Source: Azolla caroliniana
Lineage: Eukaryota; Plantae; Polypodiophyta
Assembly: GCA_043228905.1 (NCBI GenBank)
Contig: JBHGNT010000005.1
Location: 18,848,001-18,912,000 of the forward strand
DNA length: 64,000 bases
Reading direction: 5' to 3'
Shown here: in pieces, positions 37,119-50,022 of the stretch
How positions within the stretch are numbered: the first letter of the stretch is position 1
Layout of the letters: every line of letters begins with the position of its first letter
Made by a program: the position numbers and the translations under genes
The notes under the pieces: generated by a model
Told to the model about the DNA's origin: nothing
The model's input: only the letters and a program-made list of their open reading frames with translations
Database searches by the model: none

Positions 37119-38237
37119 CCGGTCCTTTCCTCCAGCTCCTTCTAACATCCTCCACCTAGCTTGCGCTCCTCGTCTAGTCTGTTTCTGCTTCCCACGACCC
37201 GTCCGGTTCTGTGCACCTTGACCTCCTTGGTCAGCTTGTCTACTCAGCAAGCCAATCTTAGCTCCTTCGTTGCTATGACTCTGGTGCTTGTTGACCCATC
37301 AGTTCCTCTGTGCCGGTGTCAACTTCCGCTGCTTTCTCGTCCGCTTGGCCTTTAGTTGATCCGGCTCTTCTGAAACCACTTCCTCTGATTCGTTCCAGGT
37401 CTTATCGAAGTTGGTAGTCTCCAACTCGCCTTCCATTTTTAGGCCCTTCACCATATCGGACCACGTCCGGGTCTTGGCCTTTTTTCGGTCGGCTCTATCC
37501 TTCTTGACTCTATCGCCGTTGCCGCTTGCTCTAACTTGTTCGGATGTGCCGACTCCTTCGGTCGGCTCGGCCTCCTATTTTTGCTCGTCTCCTCCCTTGG
37601 TTCTTTCTTCCTCTCCGGCTCCTTGTCTGCTGCCATCCGTTCTCCCCCTGAAGTGTGGCACGTCGAGATGCTATAGACCCAACATTTCGGAAAAGTGCTA
37701 CAATTTGTCCGATTTGAGAGGCTTGGTGAAGATGTCGGCAGCCTGTCGATCCATACGAAGATACCGAAGTTCAACTTCACCGCTCAGGACCCGCTCACGG
37801 ACAAAGTGATAATGCACCTCTATGTGCTTTGTCCGAGCATGGAATACAGGGCTCTTGGCGAGTTGTATGCTACTTATGTTGTCGTAGTAGATCAAGATCG
37901 GGGTCGGCACCTCGATCTGGAGGTCTCGCAGCAGTCGCCGAAGCTAGATGGCTTCACATGTGGCAATGGTAGCACCACGGTACTCGGCCTTAGTGCTTGA
38001 TAGAGCCACTATTGGCTGCTTTTTGCTGCTCCATGCAATAGTTGCACTACCAAGAGAAAACATGTAACTAGAGGTCGATTGACGATCCGATGCATCACCA
38101 ACCTAGTCAGCATCGGTATAACCGACTAGCTTCCCAGTTATACCATGTCGGTATAACAATCCTCGGTCCTTCGTGCCACTCACATATCGCAATAGTCGAT
38201 GCATGCATTGAAGGTGATCCACTGTCGGCTTCTGCAT

Positions 38238-38657
38238 TGTTGAGAGACAAGCTCAACATCGGCCGGATCGGTTGAGCAAGCCGAGGACCTGATCGGTTGG
38301 GACCGATCGGTTAGGCCGAACCAGTGTGTAATGAGAGGCCGTATCGGTGCGTAGACCGAAAGGCCGTTAGAAAGATATTCCTCGTAAGGAACAGTTTTGG
38401 GAGTAAGTGTCGAGGCTCATTTATGAGCACTCAAGTACTGTCAGTACTTGTGGCAACCCAACTGTCAAGGCTTGTATAAAAGTGCTCATTGAGCACATCC
38501 TATGTACAGATTGAATATTATTTTTGAATTAAGTTCTTGTGCTTACTCTCTCTCTCTCTCTCTCTCCTGTGCGTACTATGCAAACCTAAGATTTCCATTA
38601 AACCTGCGTTTTCTGTTGTTCGGTCTCCTATATTGCTTCCACACAACATTCTTTTCA
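38238..38657 (+). mobile_element. Solo LTR (relative of the host copia LTR) inserted in RT
   Basis: TG...CA, TSD TGCAT; removing it restores QFMQKPT. Confidence 0.9.
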
Positions 38658-41600
38658 TGCATAAACTGGTTGATCACCCCGACTGGATAACTGATGTTGG
38701 GTCGGGTGATCGTCAAGTATATAAGGCTTCTGACAATTTGTCGGAACCGTTTCTCATCGCAGGCCGGGCCGGAGTCAGGACGTAGCTTTAGGTTCAACAC
38801 ATAGTTTCTTTGTGAGAGCAATATGCCATCGGGGGTCCGGATCACCTTGATCCCAAGAAAATAATGAAGGTCCCCCAGGTCCTTCATTTCAAATGTGATT
38901 GACAACTGGGACTTCACTCTGCCGATTTCATCCAGTCTAGGTCCGGTGATGACTAAATCATCAACATATAGTATGATACAAACCGGACTGTCCGAACCTT
39001 TCCGGATGAACAATGACGAGTCGGACTTTGAGGCTACAAACCCCATCTTACGCAACCAGTGCGTGATTTTCACATTCCAAGCTCGAGGGGCTTGCTTCAG
39101 ACCGTAAAGCGACTTCTTGAGTCGGCATACTGCCGACTTGTTCATCTCTGATTGGAAACTGAGGGGTTGGATCATATAGCAACACATTCTTCACATCTGT
39201 TTGGTGAAGATGGCATCCCCTTGCCGCAACAACAGCCAGTACCACACGAACCGTCGTCATCTTCGCTATCGGAGCGAAGGTCTCGTCGTAGTCGATTTTG
39301 TGGGTTTGTGCGTATCCCTTTGCCACTAATTGGGCCTTCTATCGGTTGACTGAACCATCGGCATTGTACTTCACCTTATATACCCATTTGCAACCAATCG
39401 GTTTACACTGTTGGGGAGGGTCAACCACGTCCCATGTGTCGTTGGCATCAAGTGCCCGCATTTCTTCCTCCATAGCAGCACACCAATTTGCGTCTTTTGT
39501 TGCTTCTACATAGCTCTCCGGCTCACGCACTTCCACCACCTTAGTCATGTACGCATAGTGATGCGCCATGTACTCATTGTATCTGTACCTCTGGACGGGG
39601 TTCTTCTGGTGGATTGAGCGGCATAACTTTTCCTTAGCTGGTTTGAGGCCTTTCTTAGCCAGTTCGGACTTCCTTTCTGAAGATCCGCCTTCTTCCTTTC
39701 CTGGGTCAGATTCGCTCCGATCCAACCCTTCACTACTAGTATCATATTCCGGCATCTTCTTCTTCCCCTTATCTTTGCACGTGAATCATCTCCTCGGTTC
39801 CTTACGCGGGGAGAGCACGACAGAGTCTCCACTTCTCGCCGGTTCTTCATCCGACTGGTCATCCTGACTCAACCGCTCATACGGCCCACTTAGCCGGAAT
39901 GAGATCGGACTCTCATCTAGAGTACCGACACCTTCATCTTCTTCTTGAACCTCACCGGGTTCACTAGCCTCATCCTCCAGAATCGGGTCTTCATCGGGAG
40001 TTGGAGTCGGTAGGGAGTACCATGATGTCAACTCATCAAACTGGACCTCTCGACTTACTCGTACCTATTTAGTCCGGGGGTTATAACACTTATACCCCTT
40101 CTATTCATGCGAGTAGCCGACGAGTATGCACTTCTCTGATTTCGAATTCAGCTTCCTCCGCTGCTCATCTGGTACATGCACATATGTTATGCTACCGAAT
40201 ATCCGAAGGTGTCTCAAATCTGACTTCCGCCCGAAATACAGCTCATGTGCTGACACCTTGTCCCCGATTCGGTTTTGGATATAGATGGCCATCCGAACCG
40301 CCTCAGCCCAATAGAATTTGGGCATGCTCTTCTCCTTCAGCATTGCCCTTGCTGCGTCGACAATCGACCGATTCTTTCTTTCGGTCACACCATTTTGTTC
40401 TGGTGTATATCGGCAGCTGAATTCTCTCCAAATTCCTTTTTGTTGTAGATAACTGTTGAATTGGCCGAAAAAGTATTCTTTTCCGCCATCCAACCGCAAA
40501 CTCTTTATCTTCATCTTCGTTTCCTTTCGACTAAGCTTTGAAGGTTTCGGAAACAATCGAAGACTTCGCTTTTCTTCTCGATGAGGTAGTTCCACGTGTG
40601 TCGGTTGTAGTCGTTGATGAAGGAGACTACCAACTCTTGCCAAGACTAACGTTCTGTGCCAGCCCCCATACATCCGAATGGATTAGATCGAGCTTGTTAC
40701 GGCTCCGGTTTCGTTCGGTGGGGAATGGAAGCCAGTGTTGCTTCCTGAGTTGGCAGGCTTCACATATTTGGGCCATCAAGCCACTAAACTTTGGTAAACC
40801 GAACACAAATTGTTTTGATTGCAAATCTTGAAGCCTCCAGTAATTGACGTGGTCGATCCACATATGCCAGAGATCGATGTTCGATTCAATCTTCTATCCT
40901 TTGGCAAACATGGCGGTGCCGACGTCATTTGTGTTGAGGATGAACATCCTCCCTTCTCTACGCCCTTGCGCGATTATTCGGCCTTCTTCCTCAATGAAGC
41001 ACCCGAAGTGTGTAAACCGCACCTGCATTCCTTGGTCAATGATTTTTCCGACCGACACCAAGTTCTTTGTGATTGTCGGGACATGTAGAACATTCGTCAG
41101 CTTCCCCCTTTGTCCGACATAAGGGACTTCTTCGACATGCACAATCGGGTGAGGAGTGTCGCCTACGGTTTCAACAACTCCCGGTTGTTCCGGTTTCTCT
41201 AGAAATGAGAACCACTCTTCGTGGCTCGTCATGTGGTTTGACGCTCTGGAATCAACATACCACATTTCTTCCGATCCGGAAGTGGTCTTCTTCATCGAGA
41301 TCACCTTGTGCTTCATCACAAAGGTAGGCCCCTTTCTGATTTTCCCGGTTCCGGATTCTTCCGATCCTTCAGCGTAGTGCGAGCTTTGTTGATTCCCTTG
41401 TCCGGCCTTGCCAGATCTAGATTAATCCGAATCGGCACGCTTCTTCCAGCACTTGCTCTCTCTATGACCTTTCTTGCCACAATACTAGCATTTTGTGTCG
41501 ATTTTTTATTGTTGGTTTCCGGCTCTGACTTGACTCCCCTTGCTTGTGGAGGGTCCGGAACTGTTTTCGGCACCATCTCTGTGCCTTCAGTTCTGCTCTT

Positions 41601-42705
41601 GTCGGCCGCCTCCATTGCGTGCCGACCCACCTCGTCCTCCACGCCTACGACGCCAATCCGCCTCCATGAACAACATCTAGTTATCCGATTGATTGGTCCT
41701 CGACCCGCTCGCGTGGTTTTCTTTGACCATCAACATTGATTGTAAGTCGAAGAAGGACGGTGGCTTCTCCCGGGTGCAAATTGTCGTCCGGATTGGCCCG
41801 TACCGTTGTGCAAGACCACCAAGACATATCTGGACCATCTCGTCTTCTTCCACCGTTACGTTGATGGATCCGAGTGCATCGCAGATCGCCGTAATCTTAG
41901 TGGTGTAGTTCGTAACCGACATATCTCTTTGCCAGATGTTGTTCAGCTCTTGCCGGAGCTACAACTTACGGGTTGTGGTACTTGCAGCGAAAATCTTCCG
42001 TAGATTTTCCCAGAACTCCTTTGGCATTTTTGCGTCCTTGATGTAGCCGAGCATCTAACCGTGCACATCGGACGCGAGGCAATACAATATGCGGCTCGCT
42101 CCTTGCTCCCATGCCGGGAAGTCTTTGTGTGCCGACTCCGATGCTACCTCATTGGTTCCTTCCACATAGCTCCAATATCCATGCCCCAATAGGTACTAGT
42201 GCCTTTTATATGACCAAGATGCATAGTTATTCCGGTCAAGCTTTTCTATGGGAAGCGAACTTACCATACCTCTATCCATCTCGATTCTCTATTGTTCTTC
42301 ACCGGGTGTTAGGGTTTGTCTTCGGAAGCATTTGTCGGTTGCAGAGGAGTCTCAACCCTCGTGCTCTGATACCATGTAAAAGTTAGTGTGCGGAAGCTTG
42401 ACAAAACCGGTTTAGCTGGGCAGCAACAGAGAATAAAACACAGGTTCAATGGAAGCTTGAGAGTATTTAGCATACACGGGAGAGACTGAGAGAGCAGAAC
42501 ATAAACTCTATTAAAAAATAACACTATGTATTTTCTTCTATTTTTTTCATATACAACATGCTAAACAACATTATTTATACAAGTCCTCAAAAGGACTGAC
42601 AGAAGTACTATGTACTTCAATGCTCATACGAGCAGTTGACACTAACTACGAGGACTCTGACTACCTGGTAGTCTAGGAGTATAGGCTACTACTAACCTTC
42701 CGGTT

Positions 42706-43054
42706 TGTTAGGAAACAGGTTCCTCCGGATGGGAAGTGAGAAGAACCGTGTTGATGAGCAACTCGGCCGAGGCCTATCGGCCGAGGCCAAATCCGGATGT
42801 GGAGTACCCGACAACGGAAGACCCGGTGAGAACCGGATGTGGCGTACCCGGCAACGGAAGACCCGGTGAGAACCGGATGTTGCAGGCCCGGTGAGAACCT
42901 CTCATCGGATGGATGGGACATATATGTAAATATGTTCCAGAGAGCCCACTGGGGTTATATTTGTAAATAGCCCGAAAGTCATATTAGTATAAATATGACC
43001 TAGGGCAAACTTAATAACCATGATAGAGTTGTTGGTGTAACCTCTGTACAGTGC

Positions 43055-43140
<86 letters not shown>

Positions 43141-43422
43141 TATACAGAGATTGTGTCTCTGTTGTAACCGTCGCGAGGCGAAGATTGTGAGCAAGAGGTC
43201 GTTGCCTCTGTGCTCCCTGTTGTATTACTTTACATAGTGATAGTTTGGAGTCTGTGGACTCCCGTGGTTTTTTCCCTCTCAGGGTTTTCCACGTTAATAT
43301 CCTATGTATTCTCTTTTGTTTGTTTGTGCACTTACCTCCATTCCCATTTCTTCTGTGTTCGATTGTATCAAGTGATTTACCCTTCGGTTGTTGCCGAAGA
43401 TTATTCCGCGTATTACACGACA
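42706..43422 (+). mobile_element. Solo LTR (717 bp) with long (GA)n, inserted in the copia 5' LTR
   Basis: TG...CA, TSD CGGTT on both sides. Confidence 0.92.
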
Positions 43423-44362
43423 CGGTTCACATTTGAATCCGGCTCTCCGATCCGACTCTGGCTTGTTCAGCCGATCCGGATACGGTTGATCTTGCTCGCT
43501 CAACACACCTCAAGCTCTTATACCAGTTTCTGGAGAATGGATTGTAGATGAACGAGAAAGATCTGTTGAAAATATACACAATGCGGAAACAGAAAACAAC
43601 AAAATAGATAGGGAATGCACAATAGACAGTATTTACGTTGTCGAGGTATTCCTCGCGGATGCGTGGAATGGGGCGGGACCTCGGGGGTCTTGTACCGAAG
43701 AGCAAGAGAGAAAGGAGAAGGGAGGGGACCCACTACGTGCTAGCGTAGATTCACAGGGACACGGCCCTTCGATACAAAGACGCGAGTGGGACGCAGACAC
43801 CGAGGGACACGAATGTATGTAAATATATATATTAACAAACAAACAACAAGAAGCACGAAGTCTGTTACAACCGAACAGGCCGGCGAATAGATGCCGATGC
43901 CTGTTCGTAAACGCACAGAAAGGAAAGAGTAGGTTGGAGGTGCTGCCGGAAGCACTCGGGCATTCCTCAGAGCAGCGCGAGCCTCCCGAAACCTACACAG
44001 CAAGAAGCTACGGAGTTTGCGAGCCAGAGAGAGAGAGAAGCCTTCGCCCACAAACCGACAGCACTTCGTCCTCGACTCTCTGCGATGCCTTCCTCTTCCT
44101 CGTCTCCCTCCTTTTATAGGCAAGAAGGGAGCCGTTTCCTATTAACTTCCTACCTACCGAATCTACCTACCTCGGATCTTCCATGTCCCTAATTCTCTCT
44201 TATGTACAACATAAGGCGTACGTGCATGAAGAGCCGGGTCCTATGCTTCGGCGCACCGATTCCGCTCGTGGACGGTTTTCTTCACGACATCCGCCCCCAC
44301 CTAACCGCGCATCCACCGGCATGCGCCAAATTGAGTTGGGACAGAGAAAACCGGTCCAACCT

Positions 44363-47300
44363 TCATTCCCCGCCCGTCGGTTCTTCCTCGGTTTCGGATC
44401 GTTCGTCGTCCCGGTCCAGGTTATCCGGATCCGGCTCGTCGTCGTGACGCTTCTTGAACGCTTTGATCCGCTTCCTAGCTACCGGTATCGCCATTCTCGT
44501 GCCGTCGAGTTCCGCCAGATGGTACGTCCCGTTGTCGTTGGCGCTTTGTACCACGTAAGGCCCGAATCACCTTCTTGCGAACTTCCGTGTCGCTCGGTGC
44601 TGGTTGTCGAGGCTGCTGTCGTAGACTAGCACCCAGTCGCCTTCCTCGATCTTCTCCGATCGGAGCCGGTGCGTTCGGTCGAACCGGGCTTTGTTCCTCA
44701 TCCTTGCATCCCGAAGCTTTCCCGCAGCCTGCTCCACGTCTTCCGGCCTTCGCTCGAGCTGACGTATGCGCGCCGCCAATAGTTCCTCCCGGCTCATCTC
44801 GTCTCTCCAATCCACGGTTGCCCATGAGAAGACTGTACGTTCCATCGGCATGATCGGCTTCTGCCCAAACATGAGCTCTGCCGGCATGAATCCGGTTACC
44901 GAACTGTGCGTAGTTCGGTCAGCCCATAATGCGTAAGGCAGCAGCCGCGGCCAGTTCCCGACTTGACCCCCGCATGTCCGAACTAATGCCTTGACGATCG
45001 GTCCGTGTCTGCGCTCCACCTTTACATTTGCCTCCGGATTGTACGCAGTGGTAAGCGAGAGCTTGACTCCTAACCGATCGAACAGCTCCTCGGCCTCTTC
45101 GGCGTCCAACTCCCCGCGATCAGCCACGATCTTCCTGACGCACCCGTACCGGCATATCACATCCTCGAGCAGGAACCGACATACGGCTGCAGTCGTTTTG
45201 TTCTGAAGGGCCCAGCCTTCCACCTGGTTCGTCAGATCTTCCCGAGCTAGGACCAGGTACCGCATCTGTCCTACTCCCATCGGCATCGTCACCAGATCTA
45301 CAATCCATTTGAAGTGGATGGTCGGAGGGTACGTAGGGTGAAGCTCGTCCCGATGTCGGACTATGGAGTGCATCTGACAGCTCTCGCAAGTTGTCATGAA
45401 CCGATGCACGTCCTGGTACAGTCCCGGCCACCAGTACTTCCCCTTTATCTTCTCGAACGTGGCCCACGTTCCATGGTGTCCAGCCCAAGGGCTGTCGTGG
45501 TAGGCCGTCAGCAGCTCCTCCTGTTCTTCCTTCATTGCCACCACCCGGAGCGGGACGCCGTTCCTCTTCTTCGGGTGCTTCCATAAGTATCCGTCCCAGA
45601 GAAAGAATCGGTATGCTTTCTTCCGGATCCGGTTGGTTTCGTCCCTCGTCCATGATGCATCCGGCGTCATTGTCCTCAAAAATCCACCGATCTGGAGCCA
45701 CTCGCCGTCGTACTTGCTCTCATCGAAGTCGTTAAGTGCCGGAGTGCTCGCCCCATCGGTCGTCACGTACGCCGCCTCGAAGAAGTCCACGCCGACTTCT
45801 TCGTCCTCCGAAACCATGCCGCCCTCGTCATCAAACCTCGCCCTCGAAAGCATGTCGGCCATGGTGTTGTCCTTTCCGGAAATGTGCCGTATTTCCGGAT
45901 CCAGGGACTTGATGTACGCTATCCACCTGAGCATCGCCAGGTCCGGTGTCGCGCATCCGGAAACCATGCCGAGATTGGCAGGCAATCCGTCTCGATAATC
46001 ACTTCCGTCCCGATCAGGTAGTCTTTGTCGGCCTTTACTGCCGAAACGATACCCCAGAGTTCGCGTTTAACCTGGGCGTACCTTCGCTGCCGCTCACTGA
46101 GGACCTTCGCGCCGAATTGGATCGGGAACCGAATGCCGTCCCCGTCTTCTTGGTTGACGACCCATCCGATCCTGGTCGGACTCGTATCCACCGTTATGTA
46201 TACCGGGGTACCCTTCTCGTAGACAGCCTTCCGGAGCGCCGGTGCTGCCGCAAGAGCTTCCTTTAGCTTCCGGACCGACTCCGTGTGCTCGTCTCGCCAC
46301 TCGAATTTTCGCCCCCTTTTTAGCAACCCGTATAGCGGCTCCGCAACGTGGGCGTAATGCGGGATCCATATGTGGTAGAACGCGCATGCCCCCAGGAACC
46401 TCCGAACTTCCCTAACCGAGCTACAGTCGGTCGTCATCACGGAGATGGCTTCTACTTTTGCCGGAGACGGCTTCCGGCCATACGGTCCACACAAGTGTCC
46501 GACCACTAGGATTTCTGATTGCCCGAAGGCCGATTTCTCCCCGGAGAAGGTGAGCCTCGCATCCTCTAGCCTTTGTAGCACCTTCTCGCAGTCGTCGATG
46601 TGTGTTGCCACGAATCGCCGGCATCCGTCCGGCCCGACTGTCCCGTCCTTCTCTTCCACCGGGCACCCCTTTATCGGGATGTCGTCCAGAAATGGCATGG
46701 TGATGTCCGGGATGCAATCCCTCAGTACCTTGTTCATTGCATTCACCATGTGGGCCACCGAGTTGGTCCCTCCTTGTGGCAGGGTACACATTCGCACTAG
46801 GCCGAAGGGAGTTCGCATCGTCGTAATGTCTCTCCTCTCCACGGCTAGCTGGAACTGGTCGTACCCCGAGTACAGATCACCGACTGAGTAAATCGACCTT
46901 CCGGCGAAGGCCTCCGCGAACTCGTCTATGGTCGGTCTGATTCTTGCGTTCCGAATGGTCACTCTGTTGACCGGCTGCAGGTCCTAAATGAAGCGCAATG
47001 TTCCGTTTTTCTTTGGTACGGTAAACCATCGGTTCGAGTATGGCGCACTCGACGGTTCGAGAATACCCATATCGACTTTCTGCCTCAGTAGCTCCATCAA
47101 CTCCAGGATGTGAGCTCTTGGTACCGGAATCGGCTTGAGATTCCACGGCACATGTGGTACCGTGAATATCACCATCGGCTCCACGATTGTCGGGTCTACG
47201 CACCCGATCTCTTCCGGTGAGAATGCGAAGGCTTTCCCGTGCCTTCCGAGCATTCTCCGAAACCGGTCTTCCTCCGCCGGCAGTAGGAACCCGCCCCCAC

Positions 47301-47865
47301 CGATCTTGAGCTCCCGGGGCGTCCCGTCGGTGAAGGTGTGTCCTATGCAGGCCGGATCTCGTAAACTGGGGTCCGACGCAACCCCTCTGATTCGGGACTC
47401 GCTACCCTCCGGTAAGGGCGTTGCGACTGGCCTTACCTTCTGGTCTACAGTCTTGTACTTCGTGCTAACTCGGGCCGTCCGATCCGACCGGAGCCCCTGG
47501 CTGAAGTTCGCGATGACTTCGTACATCTCTTCGGAACATACCGGTATCGTCCGGTCTTCGTTAAGGTCTTCCCCGGCTACCTTCCTCAGCATCCCCAAGG
47601 TGTCGTCGAAGGAGACCGCCTCCACCGCCCCGCTGATTTCCTCGTCCGGGCCGAGAACTCCGCACGCTCGAAGTCGCTCCTCCATCCTTGCCCTTTCTCG
47701 GCCAATGATGCTGACTATCATACACCCTCCGTTGTTGGAGAAGCAGAATTTTCTACCTATCGCACAAGGTTTCTTCAGTTTCGGTTCTATCGTACAGCTG
47801 TGGGGTCTTTCCCGAGTGTCCGGATTGTCTCGGCCCCACGCCTTGGCAGCCCTCTCTAAAAATCC
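44363..47865 (-). pseudogene. Gypsy pol (RT, RNase H, integrase) with two nonsense codons and one frameshift
   Basis: DLYSGYDQ, LPQG, FLDD, TVDTS, HDSPWAGH..CESC, YNPEAN, FGPY; stops at 46984 and 44567, frameshift near 45980. Confidence 0.92.
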
Positions 47866-49982
47866 TCCCGGTTCTCGCCGCCGAGGGATTCGCGGTTTCG
47901 CTCGTGGTTCCGTCGCACTGTCAGAAATTGGACCGAATGGCGCCCGTCCTGGCTTTTGACCCTTGCGTAGGTCGAACCGTTGTCTAGCACCTTGGTCTCC
48001 ATCCGCGCTGCCGTGATGTATGGTTCCCCTAATATGACCGGGTGCGAGGATGTCTCCTGTACGAAGAAGTGTTGGTCAATCTCGACGTCGCCAATCTTGA
48101 CTCGCACGTTCGGGCAGGCCCCGTGCAGTTCCTCGGTGGTGCGCGTCGCAGCCCGTATCTTCCACCCGTGCTTGGTGTTGATCGGCCACTTTCCCTTCTT
48201 ATAGAAGTCCATGGACATCAGGTTTATTTCCGAACCGTGGTCCACCAATGCCACCACCAGTTCCTGAACATCTCCGATCTTTACCTGGGTCTCCGTGGTC
48301 GCTCGGGCCCAGTGCGGCCTTGAATAGTGGCTCTCCGCCCACTCATCTTCCAGCGCCATGTCGTCAATGTGCGTCATCCGCACCTCCACCGGTCTTTCCG
48401 GTTCCGTCTCCGTCGACAGCCTCTTCCGTTTCACCAGGTCCACAATGGAGTCATGGAACTCCTTCTTGGTGATCCCTAGCACCTCTCGCAATGACAGATC
48501 CACTTTGCTGTCGAGGATCCGTTCTTCTAGGACCTTTTGTAGGTCCGTAGTCCTTTCTATTTCCGTCCCCAGTCGGTATCCGCCCTTCCTGGGGTTATCT
48601 TGCGAGCTGGATCCACCGGCATCGTTCCGTCGTTGCCCGAATCGGGTCTCGTACCGTTGTGAGGGCCTGGTCGCTCCGGCTTTCCCCACTCGTTTGTCTT
48701 CTACCAGAGCCTCGTAGTTCCGGCAGGTGGCTTCTACGAAGGCCGTCTTCTCCTCGACCGGATCGCTCCACCCGGTTATTTCCCGGACCCGTCTCTCAGC
48801 GCGGTCCGTTTCATCTTTCCTTAGCCGCGCGCTGGCAAGACCTTCCAGCATTGCCGACCAGAATCCGTCTTTGCCCTCCTTTCGGGCCTCGCTGCCCCCG
48901 ACCCGAATGTCGGCCGACGCCGAGTAGTGGATGGCCTCCATGTGTCGGGCCGCTGCCTCTTCCATCAGTCTCTTCATTCCTCCTCGCCCGTCGTTTCGGT
49001 TTAGGGCCCTTCTGGTGTCGCCGGCGTGCACCCGGCCTTCCCACAGGTACACCACCCGGTTCCTCAACACTTCTGCGAAATCGCCGCAGTCCTTCCGGAT
49101 GTGGCCGACCTCGTCGCACCACATGCACCTGTTCCCTGCTACCGGCCGTCGGTCACGAGCCGGTTCGCCGCCTTCCCTTCGAGTCTGGGCGATCTGGTGA
49201 TCCTTTATCACCCGCGTCAACTCCTCCAGCGCTGCTCCTCCAGACGAGCCACTGACCATGCTGGTCGAAGCCAGACCGGTTTCGAGCCATTCCCGGGTTT
49301 CTTCCCTTCGCCCTTGCGGTGCCGGTTCAAGCCTCCTTGCTATGACAGAGCCCGCACCAGCCGCCCCGTTGTCAGCCCATTCTCGCCGTTTGTCGAAACG
49401 GCCACAGACTCTCTTAATCGCAGCCCAGTCGGTCGTCAGCCTGTCTTCGGTTTCTAGCAAGGAGCCGACTTGATCCCGGTCCCGCTCGTCCACCGACTTG
49501 ACGAACAGTAGGACCCGGCTCGTATCCAGAACGGTTCGGTCAAGCGCCGAAAGGCGCGCAAAGCGTTCTTCGAACTCCCGGAGGAGTGCCGACGCGTTTC
49601 TTCCCTTGCCGGGGGACTCCACCCACTCCATGAAGTCCCGTTTCGAGAGCCGGAGCGTGTCGTCCAGCCCGTATTTTTCTAGGAGTCGACCTTCGAACTC
49701 CTCCCAGGTACGGCTCTCCGCCCGCACCTCGAGCACCTCCGCATGGATGCTCGGCATCGCCACTCGAGGGAACCCGGCGAGACGCCTCTCTTCCGGAATG
49801 TCCCGCATCAGCATTTCTGCCCCGTAGGACGCCAAATACTTCGTGGCGTCCTTTCCGCTGAACCGGCCGATCGTACCGACGACCGCCTCAATGGCTCTGT
49901 CGAGGGCGTCGGTGCCCTCGCGTGTGCTCAATATCCGATCCACTGCCGAAGCCATGGCCTCCGCAAGATCCGACCCCTTCAT
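47856..49982 (-). CDS. Gypsy gag and aspartic protease
   Basis: CMWCDEVGHIRKDC knuckle and ALVDHGSEINLM protease; likely start just after the PBS rather than in the LTR. Confidence 0.88.
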   Translation of the reverse strand: MKGSDLAEAMASAVDRILSTREGTDALDRAIEAVVGTIGRFSGKDATKYLASYGAEMLMRDIPEERRLAGFPRVAMPSIHAEVLEVRAESRTWEEFEGRLLEKYGLDDTLRLSKRDFMEWVESPGKGRNASALLREFEERFARLSALDRTVLDTSRVLLFVKSVDERDRDQVGSLLETEDRLTTDWAAIKRVCGRFDKRREWADNGAAGAGSVIARRLEPAPQGRREETREWLETGLASTSMVSGSSGGAALEELTRVIKDHQIAQTRREGGEPARDRRPVAGNRCMWCDEVGHIRKDCGDFAEVLRNRVVYLWEGRVHAGDTRRALNRNDGRGGMKRLMEEAAARHMEAIHYSASADIRVGGSEARKEGKDGFWSAMLEGLASARLRKDETDRAERRVREITGWSDPVEEKTAFVEATCRNYEALVEDKRVGKAGATRPSQRYETRFGQRRNDAGGSSSQDNPRKGGYRLGTEIERTTDLQKVLEERILDSKVDLSLREVLGITKKEFHDSIVDLVKRKRLSTETEPERPVEVRMTHIDDMALEDEWAESHYSRPHWARATTETQVKIGDVQELVVALVDHGSEINLMSMDFYKKGKWPINTKHGWKIRAATRTTEELHGACPNVRVKIGDVEIDQHFFVQETSSHPVILGEPYITAARMETKVLDNGSTYARVKSQDGRHSVQFLTVRRNHERNRESLGGENREDF

Positions 49983-50004
49983 CTTCTGCTCTTCTGCCGC
50001 CTCC

Positions 50005-50022
50005 TTCACGTCGGGTTCACCA
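50005..50022 (-). other. 18-nt primer binding site complementary to plant tRNA-Trp
   Basis: TGGTGAACCCGACGTGAA complements TTCACGTCGGGTTCACCA, the plant tRNA-Trp 3' end as I recall it. The same PBS occurs at 36228 and 62199. Confidence 0.85.

Larger units (their letters stand above)
37119..43505 (-). mobile_element. Degraded relative of the 8411-14193 copia (5' LTR 42375-43505, PBS 42363-42374, 3' end lost)
   Basis: Collinear gag/PR/IN/RT/RH fragments with many stops and frameshifts; carries two solo-LTR insertions. Confidence 0.92.

Noticed and set aside
42902-43423. 173-aa ORF with poly-(LS)
   Set aside because: Translation of a (GA)n tract within a solo LTR.
47135-47959. Long antisense ORFs over retroelement genes (also 11719..12495, 8847..9476)
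   Set aside because: Shadow ORFs expected in GC-rich coding DNA; no recognisable motifs.
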